DNA of 64,000 bases from Camelus dromedarius (lineage: Eukaryota): assembly GCF_036321535.1 (NCBI RefSeq), contig NC_087450.1, positions 12,710,001-12,774,000 on the forward strand, written 5' to 3'. The notes below the pieces were generated by a model, which was not told where the DNA came from, did no database searches, and was given only the letters and a program-made list of their open reading frames with translations. The stretch's first letter is position 1. Every line of letters starts with the position of its first letter. Below, one piece after another: positions 17,128 to 52,546 of the stretch. The position numbers and the translations under genes are program-made.

Positions 17128-17812
17128 AATCTTTTTTATATCTGTTTTATTTTCTATTAGCTTTTTAATCTTTACTTTTTAAACAGTTGCATGTTTACAG
17201 TTTTAATCACTTTTAAAATCTTTTTATTATTATTTTAAAAAATCCACCTCATTTCATTTTTAATTCTCTTGGTTTTGATCTCCTGTTATTGATTATTCAC
17301 AGGTTTCAAATATTGTTTTTTTTTAATTTTTTCTCCTTTTTATTAAGATTTTTAAAAGTCATCTCAACTCGATTGCTATTCTGCTTCAGCTTGCTCTTCT
17401 ATTACTGATTATACACTGTTTTCAAAGCTTTTCCTCTCTTTTAAAATTCTCCCTTTTATCTTTCATTAAAATCTGTTCTATTTTCTATTACCTTTTAAAA
17501 ATTTACTTTTTAAACAATTGTATATGACTCCAGTTTTAATTTCTTTAAAATTTTTCTTTTAAAATATTTTCCTTATTTTGATTTTTATTACTTGTAAACA
17601 TCCACCTCATTTCATTTTTATTTCTGTTGGTTTTGATCTCCTGTTAATTGATTATACACAGGTCTCAAATATTGTTTTCTGATCTTTTCTCCTTTTTTAA
17701 GTTTTCAAAAGACGTCTCAACTCAACTGCTATTCTGCTTCAGCTTACTCTTCTATTATTGATTATACACTGTTTTCAAACCTTTTTTTCTTCTATTCTTT
17801 AAAATTCTCTCT
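17128..17812. repeat. Two ~330-360 bp T-rich tandem units in the L1 5'UTR
   Basis: atccacctcatttcattttt, gttttgatctcctgtta and tgctattctgcttcagctt each occur twice at about 350-360 bp spacing. Confidence 0.85.
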
Positions 17813-19530
17813 CTCTTTTTTTAAGTTTTATTTCTGCTTAGGCTTTAGATAGATAAATAAATAAACTCCTTAGGGACCACAATAGATAACTGATACTCCT
17901 AAAGCCACAGTGCCAGAGAGATATGAGCAATATGAAGAGGCAGAGGAACCACTCCAAATTAAGAGAGCAAGAGAAATCCCCTGAAAGCACGATCAATGAA
18001 ATAGACATTGAGGGCCTACTAGATCAAGATTTCAAAAGAGGAGTGATCAAAGTACTGAAGGAACTAAAAGAAATAGTGTTTAGAGATTTAACATATGTAA
18101 AAAATGAAATTAAAGCTATAAAGAAGAGCCAAGTAGAATTGGTAAACTCATTGGCTGAAATGAGAACTGATCTAAGAGTTGTACAAAGCAGGCTAGATAA
18201 TGCAGAGGAATGAATGAGTGACCTAGAAGACAGGACAACAGAAAGCACCCAATCAGAACAGCTGAGAGAAAAACAAATAAAAAACAATGAAAAAAATATA
18301 AGGGACCTATGGGACAATATAAAGCATGCCAATCTACTCATAATAGGGGTTCCCAAAGGGGAAGAAAGAACAAATGGAATTGAAAAGGTATTTGAAGAAA
18401 TCATGACTGAAAACTTCCCAAACCTAAAGAAGGAATCAGACATCCAAGTAAGGAGGCTCAGACGGCCCCAACAGGAAGAACCCAAACAGACCCACACCAA
18501 GACATATCATAATCAAGATGGCCAGAGTCAAGGATAAAGAAATGATCCTAAAAACAGCAAGAGAAAAAACAAAGAGTGAGTTACAAGGGAATCCCCATAA
18601 GGCTCTCAGCTGATTTCTCTACACAAACACTACAGGCCAGAAGGGAGTGGAAATATATATTCAAAGTCCTGAATGAAAAAAGATGCAGCCTAGGATATTC
18701 TATCCAGCAAGGCTATCCTTTAGAATAGAAGGAGAGATAAAGAACTTCACAGACAAGCAAAAACTAAGAGTTTAGCAACACTAAACCCATGCTAAAAGAA
18801 ATATTGACAGGTCTAGTCTAAATAGAAAAGAAGCAGGATGCTACAAAAATGAGAAACTCGTAACTGGAAAGGTTATAACTACCATGAATTACAAATAGAG
18901 TGAACACAAAATTGTAAAAGAAGACATCTAAATCATTAAGAGTGGGAGAGAGAAGCAAGGAAATATAGAGGTTTTTTTTTTTTTAATTTAAAATATTTTA
19001 TTCTCAGTAGGATGGGTTTGAGATTATATTACTATCTGTTTAGTACAAACAGTTATAGTAATAGGTTAATAGACTTACAAAAATAGGTAACCACAAGCCA
19101 AAAACTTACAAGTGAGTCACAAAAACTAAATAAAATCCAAGATAATACAAAGGAAAATTACCAAACCACAAGAGGAAGAAGAAAGGAACAAAGAGGAAAT
19201 ACCAAATCAACTGCAACTATAAGTTCAAAATGGCAATAAACAGTCTCTATCATTAATTACTGTAAATGTTAATGGACTAAATGCTCCAGTCAAAAGATGT
19301 AGACTGGCAGACTGGATAATAAAGCAAGAACCTTCAATATGCTGCATACAAGACACCCACTTTAGGGAGAAGGACACTTATAGATTGAGAGTGAAAGGAT
19401 GGAAAAGGATATTCCATGCAAATGGAAAAGCCAAAAAAGCAGGTGTAGCAGTACTGATTTCAGACAAAATAGACTTTAAAACAAGGGCCATAAAGAAAGA
19501 TAAAGAAGGACAGGAACCCTACTTCAAAAT

Positions 19531-19678
19531 NNNNNNNNNNNNNNNNNNNNNNNNNNNNNNNNNNNNNNNNNNNNNNNNNNNNNNNNNNNNNNNNNNNNNN
19601 NNNNNNNNNNNNNNNNNNNNNNNNNNNNNNNNNNNNNNNNNNNNNNNNNNNNNNNNNNNNNNNNNNNNNNNNNNNNNN
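19531..19678. other. Assembly gap (148 N)
   Basis: Run of N. Confidence 1.
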
Positions 19679-21544
19679 AATGCCATTTGCAGCAACACGG
19701 ATGTTACTGGAGAATGTCATTCTAAGTGAAGTAAGCCAGAAAGAGAAAGAAAAATACCATATGAGATTGCTCATATGTGGAATCTAAAATAAATAAATAA
19801 ATACAAAACAGAAACAGACTCATAGACATAAAATACAAACTTGTGGTTGCCAGGGGGACAGGGGGTGGGAAGGGGCTGGGATTTAAAATGTAGAATAGAT
19901 AAACAAGATTGTACTGTGTAGCACAGGGAAATATATACAGGATCTTGTAGTAGCTCACAGCAAAAGAGAATGTGACAATGAATGTAAGTATGTTCATGCA
20001 TAACTGAAAAATTGTGCTCTACACTGGAATTTGACACAACACTGTAAAATGACTATAACTCAATAAAAAAAAAAGTTAAAAAAAAAAACTATTCCCTCAA
20101 AGGGACCCAGGTTTAATTGAATCAGACCCTAGAGCAATTTATGCCTTATGGCATTGTTGACAATAGAGCAGTAAGCTGAGAATTCACAGAGCCTAAATGG
20201 TGGGTGATACCAGCAGAGGCGGACAGTTTAACAGAGAGCTCAGGGAAAGAGAGTGTGAGAGAGTCCTGCTAAAACTCCTACCATCCAAGTTACCCTGCAT
20301 ATGTCCAGGGCTGCATCCTCTTAGCAGTCATATCAGTGCTTCACAATGAGGGGGCAAAATGCTTCACTAAATAGTCCATCCAAGTCACCAAGGGAGTAAA
20401 CAAGCAAATGACAACAAACCCTGGAGAAAGGGGCAGGAAAATCAGTATCCACCATTGCTACAACATATTAATCAGAAAGTCTAATTTTCAACAAAAAATT
20501 ATCAGACATACAAAGAAACAGAAAAACTATACAGAAAAACTATGACCTGTAAGCAGGGAAGAAAGCATACAACAGAAATTGTCTGTGAAAGGGCACAGAT
20601 AGAAGATTTAACAAATCAAGATTTCAAAACAGCCATTTTAAGTATGTTCAAAGAACTAAAGGAAACCATGATTTAAAAAAAATAAAAGAAGGAATGTCTC
20701 ATCAAATAAAGAATATCAATAAAGACAAACTATTTTTTAAAAAGAACCAAGTGAAAATTTTGGAATTGAATGATACAATAGCTGAAATGAAAAATTCCCT
20801 AGAAATTCTCTAGAGTAGATTTGAGCTTGCAGAATAAAGAATCAGCCAACTTGATGATAAGCCAATAGGGATTATGTAATCCAAAGAAAAAAGATTAAAA
20901 AAAAAAAAGAATGAGAAAAAAATGAACAGAGCCTCAAAAAACTACATGGGACCTCACTAGGCACACCGATGCACATGACAGAAGTACCAGGATGAGAAAT
21001 GAGAGAAAGCAGGAAGTCATGACTGAAAGAGATTAATCTTCACATTTAAGAAGCTCAACAAAGTCAAAGTAGGAAAACACAAAGAGACACACACCCAGGC
21101 AATCATACTAAAAATGCTGAAGGGGAAAATTTTGAAAGCAGTAAGAGAAAGGTGATTCACCACACACAAAGGGACTCAAAAGATAAACAGCTGACTTTCC
21201 ATCAGAAATAATAAGGCCATAACGCAGTGAGATGACATAGCCAAATGCTGAAAGAGAAAGACTGCCAACCAAGAATCTTATATCCAGCAGAACTATCTTT
21301 CAAAAATGAAGATGAAATATTGCCTATTCCCTCCAAAAAGAAAAAACAAAAACAGAATTTTTTGCTAGCAGCCCTGCCTCACAAGAATTACTAACTGAGG
21401 TTCTTCAGACTACTAGCAAGTGATCCTATGCCATATTTTGGATCCGTATAAAACAAAAATAAAACAAAGAAAAAACCCAAAGAGCACTGGTAAAGGTAGT
21501 TATATACTTATAAAAGGCAATACAGATGAGTATTTCTTTAAAAA

Positions 21545-21864
21545 GGACACTATGAACAAATGTACAAAGCAGAAAGAGACTCGCAGACATAGTAAATAAT
21601 CTTATGGTTATTGGGGAAATGGGGTGGGAAGGGATACATTTGGGAGTCTGAGATTTACAAATGTTAGCCACTATATATAAAAATAGATTTTAAAAAGTTT
21701 CTTCTGTAGAGCACAGGGAATTATGTTCAATATCTTATAATAACCTTTAATGAAAAAGAATATGAAAATGAATATATGTATGTATATTCATGACTGGGAC
21801 ATTTTGCTGTACACCAAACATTGACACATTGTAACTGACTGTACTTCAATAAAAAAGAAAAAAA
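21545..21864 (+). mobile_element. 5'-truncated L1 3' end inserted into the older L1
   Basis: ctgtagagcacagggaattatgttcaatatctt ... gactgtacttcaataaaaaag; homologous to the 3'UTR at about 19800-20070. Confidence 0.8.
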
Positions 21865-24491
21865 GTGAAATAAATGTGTATTTCTTTTCCTTTTAACTGA
21901 TTTTAAAAGAAATTGTATAAAATAATATACACATAATTATACTGTTGGGACTATAATATATAGAAATACATTTCACAATAACAACACACAGGAGGTGAGG
22001 GGGAGAAAAGCTGTATGGAGTAAGGAAATAACACTGGATTTTAACTTGAATTCACAGGAACAAAAGAAGAGGACCGTAAATGGTAAATTAGAAGATTAAC
22101 ATAACAAAATCTATAAATATATACTGTTCTTCTCAGCTTATTTAAAGGACATAAAATTACATAAAGCAATAATTGTAGCAAAGTATTATTACATATGTTA
22201 CATATACAGATGTAATATGTATAATAATATCACAAAAAGTGGAAGAGAAAATAGAGAGCTATAGGATATACAGAATTTATATGATGTTCAGTATCTCCTT
22301 GGAATTAATATAAGTCTAAAATAGATTCTGCTAAGGTGAGATGTATATGGCAAGCCCTAGAGGAAACACTAAGAAAACAAATAAGAAACAAGAGTGAAAA
22401 ACATAATTAACAGAATTAGAATGTTACACTACAAGAGATTCACTTAATGTAAAAGAAAGCATTAAAGGAGGAACAGAGAAACAACATGATACATACAGAA
22501 AATGACAAGTAAAATGGCAGATGTATATCCCACGTATCAGGTATAACATTCAGTGTGAATGGATTTAACAATCCAATCAAAAGGCAGAAGTGGTCAAACT
22601 GAAAAAAAATAAAGATATAACTATGTGCTGTCTACAGGAGATGTACTTTAGATTCAAAGATACAAATAGGCTGAAAGTAAGAGGATGGAAAAAGATATAT
22701 GTTGCAAGCAGTAACCAGAAGAAAGTTGGAGTGGTTATACTAGTATTAGACAAACTAGACTTTAACACACACACAAAAATACTATTACAAGAGATAAAGA
22801 GAGCCAATTCATAATGATAACAGGGTCAATCCATCAGGAAGACATAGCAGTTATACAGATATGCACTTAACAACACAGCCCCCAGAATATGAAGCAACAA
22901 CTGACAGAATTGAAAGAAGAAATCGACAACTTAACAATAATAGTTGGAGACTTCAATCCCCCACTTTCAATAATGGATAGAACAAGAAGATAGAAATACA
23001 ACATGGAAACAGAAGACTTGAATAACACTGTGAATCAAACACTATCAATATAGAAGACATGAACAACACTACAAATCAAATCACTAAGAGGCATCTATAG
23101 TACCTTTAATGAACAACAGCAGAACACACATTCTTCTCAAGTGTACCTGAAACATTCTTCAAAATAGACAACGTACAGGACCATAAAATAAGCCTCAATA
23201 AACTTATATGAATTAACTTATACAGTTGTGTGTTCTCTGACCACACTGGAATAAAATCAGAAATCAATGACAGAAAGAAACTTGGGAAATTGACAAATAT
23301 GTGGAAATGAAGAAACACACTTCCAAATAACAAATGAGTCGAAGAAGAAATCAAAAAATACTTTGAGATGAATAACAACAAAAGCACAGCATACCATAAC
23401 TTACTGAGTGTGCTAAAGCAGTGCTAAGCAGAATATTTATAGTCGTAAATGCCTATGTTAAAAAAAGAAGAAAGATCTCAAATAAATAGCCTAAAATTCC
23501 ACCTTAACAATGGAAAAAGAAGAGCAAACTAAACCCAAAGCAAGTAGAAGGAAATAACAAAGATTAGAGTAGAAATTAATGAAACAGAATTTTAAAAAAT
23601 AGATAAAATCAACAAAACCAGAAGACGATTCTTTGAAAAGATCAACAAGATTGGCAAGTCTTTAACTCCACTGACCAAAAAAAAAAAAAAAAGAAAGAAG
23701 AATCAAATTACTGAAACAGGAATGAAGGAGGGGACATTACTCCAGACATTACAGGAAAAAAAGATTACAAGGGATTACTGTGATCAATTATTTTTCAACA
23801 ATTTATTTAATTTAGGTGAAATGGACAAATTCTTAGAAGGACACAAAGAACCAAAATGGACCAAGGAAGAAATAGAAAGTATGAATACAACTATAGCAAG
23901 TAAAGAGATTCAATTAGTAATAATAATCTTTAAAAAAAACCTACCCACAAAGAAAATCCCAGGCTTAGACATCTGCTGAATCTGCCAAACATTTAAAGAA
24001 CTATTACCAATTACTCACAATCTCTTCCAAAAGTGAAAAATAAAACAGCAAACAATTCCAACTCATTCTATGAGTCTAGGATCACCCTGATATCAAAATC
24101 AGACAAAACATAACAAGAAAAAAAAATCCTACAGGCCAATATATCTTGCAAATAAAAATGCAAAAATTCTCAACAAAACACTACCAAACAGAATCTAGTA
24201 ACCTATAAAAAAGATTGTACACCATGACAAAATGGAATTTAATCCCAGGAATGCAACATTGGTCTAACATCTGAAAATCAAGGAATGTAAAGCACCGTAT
24301 TGATAAAGGACACAAACTCATTATCATCTCAACAGGCACAGAAAGGGCATTTATTAAAATTCTGCACCGCTTCTAAATAAAGCACTCAGTAAACTTGGAA
24401 TGGAAGGAAATTCTTCAACTTGATCGAGTCTTTATGTAAAATCCACAGCTGATATCATACTTAATGGTAAAAGATTAAATGATTTCCCTTT

Positions 24492-24640
24492 AAAAAAATT
24501 TTTTTTGTGGGGGAGGTAATTAGGTTTTGTTTGTTTGTTTGTTTGTTTACTTATTTATTTTAATGGAGGTACTGGGGATTGAACCCAAGACCTCGTGCAC
24601 GCTAAGCACACACCGTACCACTGAGTTACACCCTTCCCCC
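24492..24640 (-). mobile_element. vic-1-like tRNA-derived SINE
   Basis: Reverse complement gives ggggaagggtgtaactcagtggtacgg...cttgggttcaatccccagtacctcc (A and B boxes) plus an (AAAC)n tail; aaatgatttc flanks both sides. Confidence 0.88.
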
Positions 24641-25636
24641 AAATGATTTCACATACGTGACCACATGGATGAACCTTGAAAATATTATGCTAAGTGAAAG
24701 AAGCCAGCCACAGAAGAGCACACAGTGCATGACTCCATTTGTATGAGATGTTATGAGCTACAGAGATAAAGATTAATGGCTGTCACAGGCTAGGGAAGGG
24801 GCAGGGGAGGGGCTTGAGGGGGGAAGGCTAGGGGTGCAGGGTTTCTTTTTGAGGTAACGAAAATGTTCTACAGTTGATTGTAGTGATGATTGCATAACTC
24901 TGCGAATATCCTACAAGTTGTTAATTGTTGAATTATACGATTACAAATAGGTAAATTGTATGGTATGTAACTTGCATCTCAATAACTCTGTTATTAACTA
25001 AGAACAACCCAATGCCGTGTGGACACCCAAAAGCTTTCCCTAAACTGGCTGTAAATTGTCTTGGGGATGGGGATTTTCTTCTCAGGGCCTCCTTTGTTGC
25101 CAGCTCTTGACCCCAGAATTCTGGCTTGGTTCCACAACACCCTGACCCAGAAATGGAACCCAGCCTTCTGGGTTCTGTCCTCCCAATCTGCCCTGCCTCT
25201 TAGGAAGCATCCATGACGTCACTGCAGTTGGGGCAGAGGAGACAGGAAGGGGTGACATTACAGAAGAGCAGGCAGCTTTCAAAGAAACTTCAGGCATCCT
25301 GGTTTTTAGGACACTCCACACCCATTTGTTAACTGACGGGCCCTCCTCAGCCTTGCGCTCACGGTCCCCACCGTTCCTCAGGCTACCTCTCCAGCAACGC
25401 CCCTCCCTGCCTGAAGCAAACCAAATTCCTCCCTAGCATCTCTTAGGCACAGCTGTTCAAAACCAGACACATCTTTTGTGGCCTTGAGATTGTCCTTTTA
25501 ATGGCCCCTGAGCTCACGTTCCACCCAAGAAATTTCTCGGTTTTTTTTTGTTAAACAGATAAGCGTCTCCCTAAGAAGAATTCTGTTGTCAGCTGTTGAC
25601 ACTAATGTGCTTGTTGTTTTAAGGCAGAGAGAACAG

Positions 25637-25642
25637 TTTAAT
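25637..25642 (-). terminator. Candidate ATP6V1B1 polyadenylation signal (ATTAAA)
   Basis: tttaat on the + strand, about 360 nt past the stop codon. Confidence 0.55.
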
Positions 25643-25957
25643 GAACCTCTTGTATCCACCACCTTCAGCTCCAACAATTATCAATGTTTTCCCAATCTTC
25701 ACATAAGATTAATTCTTACATGGGGGGAGGGACACAGGGAGAGGGCTTTTAAAATACAGATGCTCCCATCAGAACAAGACAGAATATAGGCTTGACAGCC
25801 TTCCGTTCTTCCCCAATTCGGGGAATCCAGGGAGAGGACTGGAGCGTGGGGGGTGCTGCGGGGTGCTGAGGGGTGGGCACGGAGCGGCTGGCTCAGGTGT
25901 GTGGACCAAGCAGACGGCGTGGGGTGTGTGGACGCCGGCGCCCACTGAGGGCTGTCC

Positions 25958-25996
25958 GGGACCTCGCTCTGGGGCCTCGCTCCGGGGCCTCGCTGT
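25958..25996. repeat. 3 x 13-bp tandem repeat in the ATP6V1B1 3'UTR
   Basis: gggacctcgctct / ggggcctcgctcc / ggggcctcgctgt. Confidence 0.85.
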
Positions 25997-26004
25997 GGGC
26001 GGGG

Positions 26005-50291
<24,287 letters not shown>

Positions 50292-50431
50292 GGTGAGGTG
50301 CCAGGCTGGGAGCCGAGTGCCTGAGCCTCCAACACTTCAGGCCCAGCTGGAGCTGGAGAGAGCTGGCCAGCCTCCCCACGCCCCGCGGCCACCCCTCCCT
50401 TCCATCCTCCTCTCCTCCCCCCGGGGTTGAC

Positions 50432-50439
50432 TGTAAACA
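50432..50439 (-). promoter_or_regulatory. Forkhead consensus (TGTTTACA), candidate FOXI1 site in the ATP6V1B1 proximal promoter
   Basis: tgtaaaca on +, about 140 nt upstream of the ATG at 50291. Confidence 0.6.
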
Positions 50440-51569
50440 GGGAAACCTGGTGCTTTGGCTTGGAGCTCTTCCAGATCTGGGAGGTGCCCTTGGCCACCTG
50501 GGAGTGGGAGGCTGGGAGAGGGGCAGAGGGGTAAGACAGGACTCTCTGCCCTCTGTCCTTGACTGTTCCTCTGTCCCTGCCCCCTCCCCTCCCCCCTTGC
50601 AGCCAGGGAGAACTGTTTCTCCCCTGGAAGCTCAGGTGCTTGCATGGCCCCCGCCCCTCACACCTCCTCCTGGGCTCCCTCCTACGCCTTGTTTCTGGCA
50701 GGATGCCATCTCCTCAGGTCTTCTCCTCACTGTCCTCCCAACCTGCACGCTGTGCTCTGACCATACCTGGGTACTGCTTGCCCTGCACAGTTCCATCATC
50801 AGCTTTTGTTTGAATACCTACAGAGTATCATCCTTGGACTTGCTTCAATGCCTCCTACAGGAAGCCTTCCCGGGCTCCTCCGGGGCCCTGAACTCTTTCC
50901 TCCGTCATGCCCTTTTGGAGAGTTCTCTCACTGCCACCACTTGGCTGTGAGCCCCCATGAGACTTAGGTCCATCAGACTTGAGTCTCCTTAAGCATTTAT
51001 GTCTCGTAATTTTGAGGGCCCCCTGAGGACCACAGCAGGTCTCTCTCCATTTGATCGTAAGACCTTAGGTTTCACCTCCAGGGTCCCAGGCAGCAGTTAT
51101 GCCCTGACATTTTCAGCCAAGGCAGAAAGTAAAGGATCCCTCTCCATGCCTGGTGGCTAAAGAAGTTGTCTCCTGGGAGGCAGAGTGTGACACAGGTCTG
51201 TTGGGCAAGGCAGGGTGGGCACTGGGGGATGGCTGCTCTGGTGACTCCCATGTCTCCTTCTAGACTCAAGATTTCCTGGCATTTCTAAGCAATTCCCCAA
51301 ACTCTACTGGTGCACTAAAAGGAAGGAGATGTATAGCTGTCTGGGGACCCCTGTCTCCCAGCACCCCAATTGGGTGACTCAGGGCAGCCAATTTGAAGCC
51401 AAATACATTTCCCAGAGCAGACTGGAGCTGACGTGCTCGCCCTTCCTCCCCACAGAGTCAAAAATCTCACCCTGCCTCCTCTGATCTGAGAACCCATTTG
51501 GGGTTCCCAGTCCCTCTCACAATTCCTAGTCTTGCCAAGATTCTCTCGGGCGGGGGGGCAGAGTGCGTA

Positions 51570-51673
51570 TGACTCAAGGGCAGCCTGGGGGAGAGCTTTG
51601 TGGTGATCAACAATTCTGTATCTTGTTTGAGGTAGGTCCACGAATCTTACACAGGTGATAAAATGACATGGAA

Positions 51674-51719
<46 letters not shown>

Positions 51720-51890
51720 AGTACCAATGTCAATTTCCTGGCTTTGACATTATACTGTAGCCACGGAGGATGCAACCACTGGGGGAAACTGAGTGAAGGG
51801 TACACAGATTTCTCTGGACCATCTTTGCAACTCCCTAGAGATTTACAATTATTGCAAAATAAAAACTTAAATGAAAGTATCTTATTTGAG
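51570..51890 (+). mobile_element. Old L1 (L1MC-like) 3'UTR fragment containing (CA)20 at 51677-51716
   Basis: ttctgtatcttg...gataaaatgacatggaactacacac; gtaccaatgtcaatttcctggctttga; tttgcaactcc. Confidence 0.65.
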
Positions 51891-52350
51891 CCAAAGAATT
51901 TTTTAAAAAGTGCTGTAAGTTGGACTGTTTGTGATGGGCAGGTCCTCTAAAGCATGTGGGGCCTTGCCTGGGTGTACCTGTGATGCCCTCTCTCCAGGTC
52001 TCTGGATCCTGGTCTCACCTTTCATTGGTCACCCTCTCCAAGGACTTGAAATTCCCCCCTTCAGTCCATGTTTGAAAGAGGAGCTTGCAAAGGGCAAAGC
52101 TCACCAGCGAAAGCACTGATGGTGCCACTATGGGCCTTGTAATGCCGGGGTGGGAGCTCTAGTTGGGAGCAGGAGTCAGATGGGTACCCGGAGCCTCCCA
52201 GCCGTAACCATGGCCCCAGTTTCTGGCTCTCCCATGAGGTCCCCCTGACTCTCGCCGGCTTTCCTTCCCAGTGAGGGGAGGGAGAGAGGGGATTGAGGGG
52301 CACTGGTGTTGCTGCGGGGACTCCGTTTCCCTTCTGGTCATGGTTTTCCT

Positions 52351-52356
52351 TTTATT
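52351..52356 (-). terminator. VAX2 polyadenylation signal AATAAA
   Basis: tttatt on +, about 190 nt past the VAX2 stop. Confidence 0.75.
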
Positions 52357-52546
52357 TCGGTGAGAGGCACGCGCACACACACTGCACTCACGCACACACG
52401 CTGCGGGACCAGCGCTGTCGGCTGGAGAGTCTCTGAGCTGGGGGATGGGTGGGGCAGGGCGTGGGGCTGCCCCCTGTCCTTCCGGGCCCGGGAGGCGGGG
52501 GGGCGGTGCCGTGCTGGGGGACTCGGGGTCACACGGGGGTGGAGGC

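Larger units (their letters stand above)
15851..20083 (+). mobile_element. Younger L1 with 5'UTR, disrupted ORF1, truncated ORF2, 3'UTR, poly(A) and TSDs
   Basis: Start motif caagatggtggagtag at about 15878; GC-rich 5'UTR; ORF1 ATG 17923 with TGA at 18211-18213 and a later frameshift; ORF2 endonuclease start (KGWKRIFHANGKAKKAGVAVLISDKIDFK); poly(A) to 20083; TSD aaaaactattccc at 15838-15850 and 20084-20096 at a TTT/AAAA site. Confidence 0.92.
15050..24995 (+). mobile_element. Ancient L1 (L1M-type), interrupted by younger insertions and internally deleted
   Basis: 5'UTR-like sequence on both sides of the young L1; decayed ORF1 about 20500-21420; ORF2 endonuclease/RT remnants about 22510-24490 (e.g. 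LKVRGWKKIYVASSNQKKVGVVILVLDKLDF); 3' end 24651-24995. Left boundary approximate. Confidence 0.75.

Noticed and set aside
17923-18537. 92-107 aa ORFs as host genes
   Set aside because: Fragments of L1 ORF1 split by a stop and a frameshift.
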